This document shows, piece after piece, positions 59,386 to 64,000 of a stretch of DNA of 64,000 nucleotides (the first letter of the stretch is position 1; the number at the start of each line of letters is the position of its first letter). The position numbers and the translations under genes are program-made. The notes beneath the pieces are model-generated. The model worked only from the letters and a program-made list of their open reading frames with translations, made no database searches and was not told the origin of the DNA. The DNA is from Hyphomicrobiales bacterium (GTDB lineage: Bacteria; Pseudomonadota; Alphaproteobacteria; Rhizobiales; Aestuariivirgaceae), in NCBI GenBank assembly GCA_038230015.1, contig JBBRNW010000013.1, positions 1,336 through 65,335 of the forward strand, read 5' to 3'.

Positions 59386-60342
59386 ATGGATGACAGCCTT
59401 CTCAACATTGCCAAGCGAGCGACGCGCAATTTTAGTTTGCCTGATCATCTTGCTGTGAAACTTATCAATCTTTCTGAAAATGCCACTTTCAAAGTCGAAG
59501 CTCCAGATGGCAGGCGCTGGGCGTTGCGCATTCACCGGGCAGGTTATCATTCTGCAGAGGCAATTGCTTCCGAACTTTCGTGGTTGACCGATTTACGAGA
59601 GCGCAGCGTTGTTGTGACGCCCAGACCTGTGCCCGGGCGCAATGGTGAATTTATCCAGCATGTTGATGATCGCCATATTGTTCTTTCAGAATGGGAAGAG
59701 GGCTCGGAGCCTGGGATTGGTCAGGATTTGCAAAAGCCTTTTGAAGTTTTGGGCGAGGTGACGGCGCGCATGCATAAACACGCACGGCAGTTCAAAAGAC
59801 CCGCATTCTTTACGCGCTTCACCTGGAATTTTGAAACCAGCTTGGGTGAGAGCAAACCCCACTGGGGCCGCTGGCGCGACGGGATGGGCGTTGATGCCGC
59901 CAAAGCAGAGGTTTTTGAACGAACGGTAGATCTGATTGGACGACGGTTGAAAACCTATGGTCAATCTGCTGAACGGTTTGGCCTTATACATTGCGATTTG
60001 CGGCTGGCAAATTTGCTGATCGATGGACACTCCGTAAAGGTTATCGACTTTGATGATTGCGGGTTTGGCTGGTACATGTATGACGCGGCAACACCTGTGT
60101 CATTTTATGAGCATGAACCCCAAGTGCCTGCTTTGCTTGACGCCTGGAAGACAGGCTACCGCAAGGCCTCTGTGCTGTCTCTTGAAGATGAAATTGAAAT
60201 TCCAACCTTCATCATGTTGCGCCGGTTGTTGCTGGTGGCCTGGATTGGCTCACATGCTGAAACAGATTTGGCACAGTCCATGGGGGCTGGTTACACAGAA
60301 GGCACTGTGGGGCTGTGTGAAACCTATCTGTCGAAGTTTTGA
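59386..60342 (+). CDS. APH/choline kinase-family phosphotransferase (amino-alcohol kinase-like)
   Basis: LINLSENATF...LRIHRAGYH...SELSWL; catalytic IHCDLRLANLL; IDFDDCGFGWY; probable start ATG 59386. Confidence 0.8.
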   Translation: MDDSLLNIAKRATRNFSLPDHLAVKLINLSENATFKVEAPDGRRWALRIHRAGYHSAEAIASELSWLTDLRERSVVVTPRPVPGRNGEFIQHVDDRHIVLSEWEEGSEPGIGQDLQKPFEVLGEVTARMHKHARQFKRPAFFTRFTWNFETSLGESKPHWGRWRDGMGVDAAKAEVFERTVDLIGRRLKTYGQSAERFGLIHCDLRLANLLIDGHSVKVIDFDDCGFGWYMYDAATPVSFYEHEPQVPALLDAWKTGYRKASVLSLEDEIEIPTFIMLRRLLLVAWIGSHAETDLAQSMGAGYTEGTVGLCETYLSKF

Positions 60343-60354
60343 TCTTCCTGTGGT

Positions 60355-60381
60355 GTCATTCCTGCTGTCGCAGGGATTGAC
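60355..60381 (+). repeat. REP-like palindrome, copy 3
   Basis: GTCATTCCTGC-TGTC-GCAGGGATTGAC, between the convergent kinase and tdm. Confidence 0.65.
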
Positions 60382-60390
60382 AGAGTTGCC

Positions 60391-62736
60391 TTAACCGCGC
60401 GGGCGCGTTTTCTCCGGATCAAATGCTGCAAATTTTGTGATGCGTGCGGGCAATCTTTTGGCGTGGCCGTCAAGTTTGCCGATTTCAACTTCGGTGCCAA
60501 TTTCAGAATTCAGCGCATCGAGGCGCGCCAGTGCAATGTTCTTGCCCAAAATCGGCGAGCGGCAAGAGCTTGTAACAACACCCAATTGCGCCCGACCTGA
60601 AAACACGGGATCACCGTGGCCAACAGTTTCATTCGATGCAATTTCAAGACCCACTAATTTGCGGCGCGGGTGTTCTTTGCGCTGTAGCAAAGCCGCGCGG
60701 CCGATGAAATCATCAAGCTTGGTTTTCAACGGCACCGTAAAGCCAATGCCTGCTTCAAAGGGATCCGTTTCCGAATTGAATTCTGAATTGGCAAAAATCA
60801 ATCCTGCTTCAATGCGCAGAATGTCCAATGCTTCAAGCCCCAGTGGCTTCAGCCCGTAGGTTTGGCCGGCTTGCCACACGGCATCAAACACTTCAGTGGC
60901 ATGCTTGGGGTGGCAAAAAATTTCATAGCCCAATTCGCCTGTGTAGCCCGTTCGCGAAACAACCAGCGGCACGCCTTCAAAATGACTGATACGCGCCACC
61001 GTAAAGCGGAACCATTCCAGCTCGCCGATGGCGGGTTGGGTGGGCGACGTCCATAGAATGTCTTTCAGCAAATCGCGGCTCTTCGGGCCTTGCACTGCTA
61101 TGTTGTGCAATTGGTCGGTCGATGAGCGAACCCATGCCTTGTAGCCCATTTTCTCGGCTTGCTCGCGAAGCCAGATGCCGGAATAATCATCCCCGCCAAT
61201 CCAGCGAAACAGATTGGGGCCCAGCTTGAATACGGTGCCGTCATCAATCATGCCGCCGTTTTCATAACACATGGCCGTATAAACCACCTGCCCGGTGGAG
61301 AGCTTGCGGATGTCGCGCGTCATGCAATATTGCAGCAATGCTTCTGCGTCAGGGCCTGTGACTTCAAATTTGCGCAGAGGTGACAAATCCATCACCGCCA
61401 CTTTTTCGCGGGCCGCCCAATATTCTTCGGTGGGGCCATCATTGTTGAAACGGTTGGGCAACCAATAGCCGCGGTATTCAGCATAATTGCGCGTCAGTTT
61501 CGAGAAGCTTTCATGGAAAGCGGTTTCTTTGGTCATGACGGGGTCTGCATCGGGTGTCATTCTGGTGGCCACTGCTCTTTGGAATTTCTGTTCGGCGCCA
61601 TACACACGCACATGAATGTCAGTTGGGTTCCAGCCATTGCCGGGATCGATATCATCAGGGCACGATGAGGTGACGCATACCAGATCCGTCAGCGCCTTCA
61701 CCAAAACATAATCGCCCGCGCGCGACCACGCTTCATCCGATACAATCACATTGGCGTGGTTCATCTGGGTGTTGTAAAAAAAGTTCAAGGCTTCCCAGCC
61801 TTTGCGTTTGGCGATGCCGAAGGGGTCCAATGCGTAGTTGAAATTTTCAGTGCAATTGGCATGGCCGGGATAGCCCATGTCATCATAGAAGCGCGGATTG
61901 CAGGCCGTGGCAAACGCATCGTGGCGCCCGCAGGTGTCTTGCACCACTTCAAGAAGCGGCTCAAAATCAAATGCGAACGCCTTGGAGGGCAAGCCCGGAA
62001 TGGGCAAGGCATGACCTGTCAGCGTGCGCGTGATGGTGGCATCCAACGCGTGTTGAATGCCTTTATCGAGTTTGCGGGCCGAGAAGCATTGAAAATCTGT
62101 CATCTGGCGGCCAGAGACATCAATGATCTGAATATATTCACCCGCTTTCACTTGAAAGCCACGTGCGGTTGCTGCTGTAATGCGAATTTCCTGCAAGGGA
62201 TCAGCCAAGGGCTCCGGCAACTGATCATGCGCAGTTTTGATTTTTGGCGTGGCGCGGGTGAGGCGCAGTTCAAGGCCTGTTGCTGTGTCTTGCGCGTGCG
62301 GACTCATGTCACTGGCAGGTGCTACAATGATCAGCGTGCCATCCAAGTGCACGGTAAAGGTGGTGGTGCACCCAGCCGGGCTCGCCTCTCCCGGGATATG
62401 AGTGGCCTCCAGTTGACTGACATCAATTCCCCGACGTTTCAAATTTGCGGCGAGCTGATGTTGGGGTGTTAATTTGCGGTCTGCCTTGGTTGCAATTCCT
62501 GAAAGATCGCTGCGGCCTTTGGCATCGCAGAAACTCACCTCGATTGTCTGTCCGCCTTCAACATCTTTAAGCAGCGCTTTGTCGCCCGCCGTGACACCAA
62601 CCACCAATGAGCCGCCGCCTGCGATGGGATAGCGCTCAACATTGGGCGGCAGCACGCGCTCGCCCGGCCGCAAGATTCGGCTGGAGGTTGGAAAACTTCG
62701 CTGTTGGGGCACGAACAGGTTCATGGTGGCTCGCAT
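60391..62736 (-). CDS. tdm: TMAO demethylase (DUF1989 + GcvT fusion)
   Basis: 781 aa; DUF1989 with GRHDAFATAC, HANC, SSCPDDIDP; GcvT domain with DLSPLRKFEV and SRTGYTGELGYEI; located in the tmm/dmm cluster. Confidence 0.82.
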   Translation of the reverse strand: MRATMNLFVPQQRSFPTSSRILRPGERVLPPNVERYPIAGGGSLVVGVTAGDKALLKDVEGGQTIEVSFCDAKGRSDLSGIATKADRKLTPQHQLAANLKRRGIDVSQLEATHIPGEASPAGCTTTFTVHLDGTLIIVAPASDMSPHAQDTATGLELRLTRATPKIKTAHDQLPEPLADPLQEIRITAATARGFQVKAGEYIQIIDVSGRQMTDFQCFSARKLDKGIQHALDATITRTLTGHALPIPGLPSKAFAFDFEPLLEVVQDTCGRHDAFATACNPRFYDDMGYPGHANCTENFNYALDPFGIAKRKGWEALNFFYNTQMNHANVIVSDEAWSRAGDYVLVKALTDLVCVTSSCPDDIDPGNGWNPTDIHVRVYGAEQKFQRAVATRMTPDADPVMTKETAFHESFSKLTRNYAEYRGYWLPNRFNNDGPTEEYWAAREKVAVMDLSPLRKFEVTGPDAEALLQYCMTRDIRKLSTGQVVYTAMCYENGGMIDDGTVFKLGPNLFRWIGGDDYSGIWLREQAEKMGYKAWVRSSTDQLHNIAVQGPKSRDLLKDILWTSPTQPAIGELEWFRFTVARISHFEGVPLVVSRTGYTGELGYEIFCHPKHATEVFDAVWQAGQTYGLKPLGLEALDILRIEAGLIFANSEFNSETDPFEAGIGFTVPLKTKLDDFIGRAALLQRKEHPRRKLVGLEIASNETVGHGDPVFSGRAQLGVVTSSCRSPILGKNIALARLDALNSEIGTEVEIGKLDGHAKRLPARITKFAAFDPEKTRPRG

Positions 62737-62861
62737 TATTCCACAGTTTCACTTGACCGCCAATATAATCTCATTCAACATTGTTTCCCAAGGGGAAGCG
62801 AGACTGGCAGCAGAATCGGCAGCTTTCATCTTGTCATGTTGGGACATATGGAGGGAATATT

Positions 62862-64000
62862 ATGTCAACTGAAACAGGCTTGGGGCTGAACGCCCGAGCG
62901 TTAGACCGTGCCGATGCTGGCACGAGCGGGCTGGTCCGCGCGTTAGACTGGAAGGGTGCTTTCTGGGTGGCAGCGGGTGTTCCACCGCTGGTGCTGTTTT
63001 CAATCGGCGGCATTGCCGGAACCGTGGGCAAACTTGCATTCGTGGTCTGGATCATTTCCATGATCATGGGTTTCTTGCAATCTTTCACCTATGCTGAAAT
63101 GGCTGGCATGTTTGGCAACAAGTCAGGCGGTGCTTCGGTTTATGGGGCCACGGCATGGCTGCGTTATTCCAAATTTATCGCTCCACTCTCGGTCTGGTGC
63201 AACTGGTTTGCGTGGAGCCCGGTGTTGTCACTTGGCTGCGTAATTGCATCCGGTTATATTCTAAATGCGTTGTTTCCAATTCCCGTTTTCACCGAACAAT
63301 CAACTGAAGTTATGTCATGGCTTGCCGATCCTGCAAATGCAGGAAAAGTGGCGGCTGACGCCATTGCAGCTGTGACAGGCGCTGCGACGCCAGCAATCAG
63401 AACGTGGGAAGCCTTCAGCTTCAATATTCCCTATCTTGGCACGTTGCATTTCAACACCACGTTCTTGATTGGTGCGGTTCTGATGCTGATCATTCTTGGC
63501 ATTCAACATCGCGGCATTGCGTCAACTGCAAGTGCACAAAAAGTTCTGGCGATTATTGTTTTGGTGCCTTTGCTTCTGGTGGGCTTGGTTCCAATTTTCA
63601 CAGGCGCCATTCAAACTGCAAACATCACCAATTTGTTGCCGCCAACTGCGGCCTATTCTGGCGTGGACGGAATGTGGAACCTTGGAGGGTGGACGCTTTT
63701 TCTTGGCGGTCTTTATATCGCGGCGTGGTCTACCTATGGGTTTGAAACCGCAGTGTGTTACACTTCGGAACTTAAAAACCCCAAGACCGATACGTTCAAG
63801 GCTATTTTCTATTCCGGTTTACTGTGCTGCGTGTTCTTCTTTCTTGTGCCATTTTCATTCCAAGGTGTTCTTGGCCTGTCTCCTGGTGCTGGCATGCTGG
63901 CACCTGGCATTGTTGATGGCACCGGGGTTGCTGCTGCACTTGGCAACTTGATTGGTGGCCATCCCATCATCACGCAGATTTTTGTGATCCTGATGATCAT
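62862..64000 (+). CDS. APC-family permease, TmoP (TMAO permease)-like, 3' partial
   Basis: Not in ORF track; translated by hand. ATG 62862 with GGAGG RBS; LDWKGAFWVAAGVP, YAEMAGMFGNKSGG, WSTYGFETAVCYTSE; divergent from tdm. Confidence 0.8.
   Translation, partial: MSTETGLGLNARALDRADAGTSGLVRALDWKGAFWVAAGVPPLVLFSIGGIAGTVGKLAFVVWIISMIMGFLQSFTYAEMAGMFGNKSGGASVYGATAWLRYSKFIAPLSVWCNWFAWSPVLSLGCVIASGYILNALFPIPVFTEQSTEVMSWLADPANAGKVAADAIAAVTGAATPAIRTWEAFSFNIPYLGTLHFNTTFLIGAVLMLIILGIQHRGIASTASAQKVLAIIVLVPLLLVGLVPIFTGAIQTANITNLLPPTAAYSGVDGMWNLGGWTLFLGGLYIAAWSTYGFETAVCYTSELKNPKTDTFKAIFYSGLLCCVFFFLVPFSFQGVLGLSPGAGMLAPGIVDGTGVAAALGNLIGGHPIITQIFVILMI

Noticed and set aside
1-64000. CRISPR array, rRNA, prophage or known defence systems
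   Set aside because: No regularly spaced repeats, rRNA signatures, phage structural genes or defence-system domains were recognised.

Overview
Alphaproteobacterial (probably Hyphomicrobiales-like; inferred from gene content) chromosomal window dominated by solute uptake and catabolism. The left ~20 kb looks accessory and partly decayed. It holds secreted-protein genes, two of them with matching GGAAC-N16-CGTT (EcfG-type) promoters, an IS5 relic, and an MttB-family methyltransferase/DMGDH-like/LysR unit. It also holds a tRNA-fMet-like att relic, a broken GH-E nuclease/SUFU toxin-immunity pair, a redox/3-hydroxybutyrate cluster, and a decayed IS3 joining halves of two different LysR genes. The middle carries an apiose/erythrulose-type locus (ApsD-like, LerI, DerI), a sugar ABC transporter with an extra convergent permease, a polyamine ABC transporter, ccmF-ccmH-ccmI, and a BMP nucleoside/purine ABC transporter with two tandem deaminases. 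The right end carries an alpha/beta-galactoside operon and a trimethylamine/TMAO/dimethylamine oxidation cluster (tmm, dmmDABC, tdm, tmoP-like) with an unexplained amino-alcohol-kinase-like gene inside it. No rRNA, complete tRNA or CRISPR array was seen. All assignments come from motif and family recognition by eye; no database searches were run.
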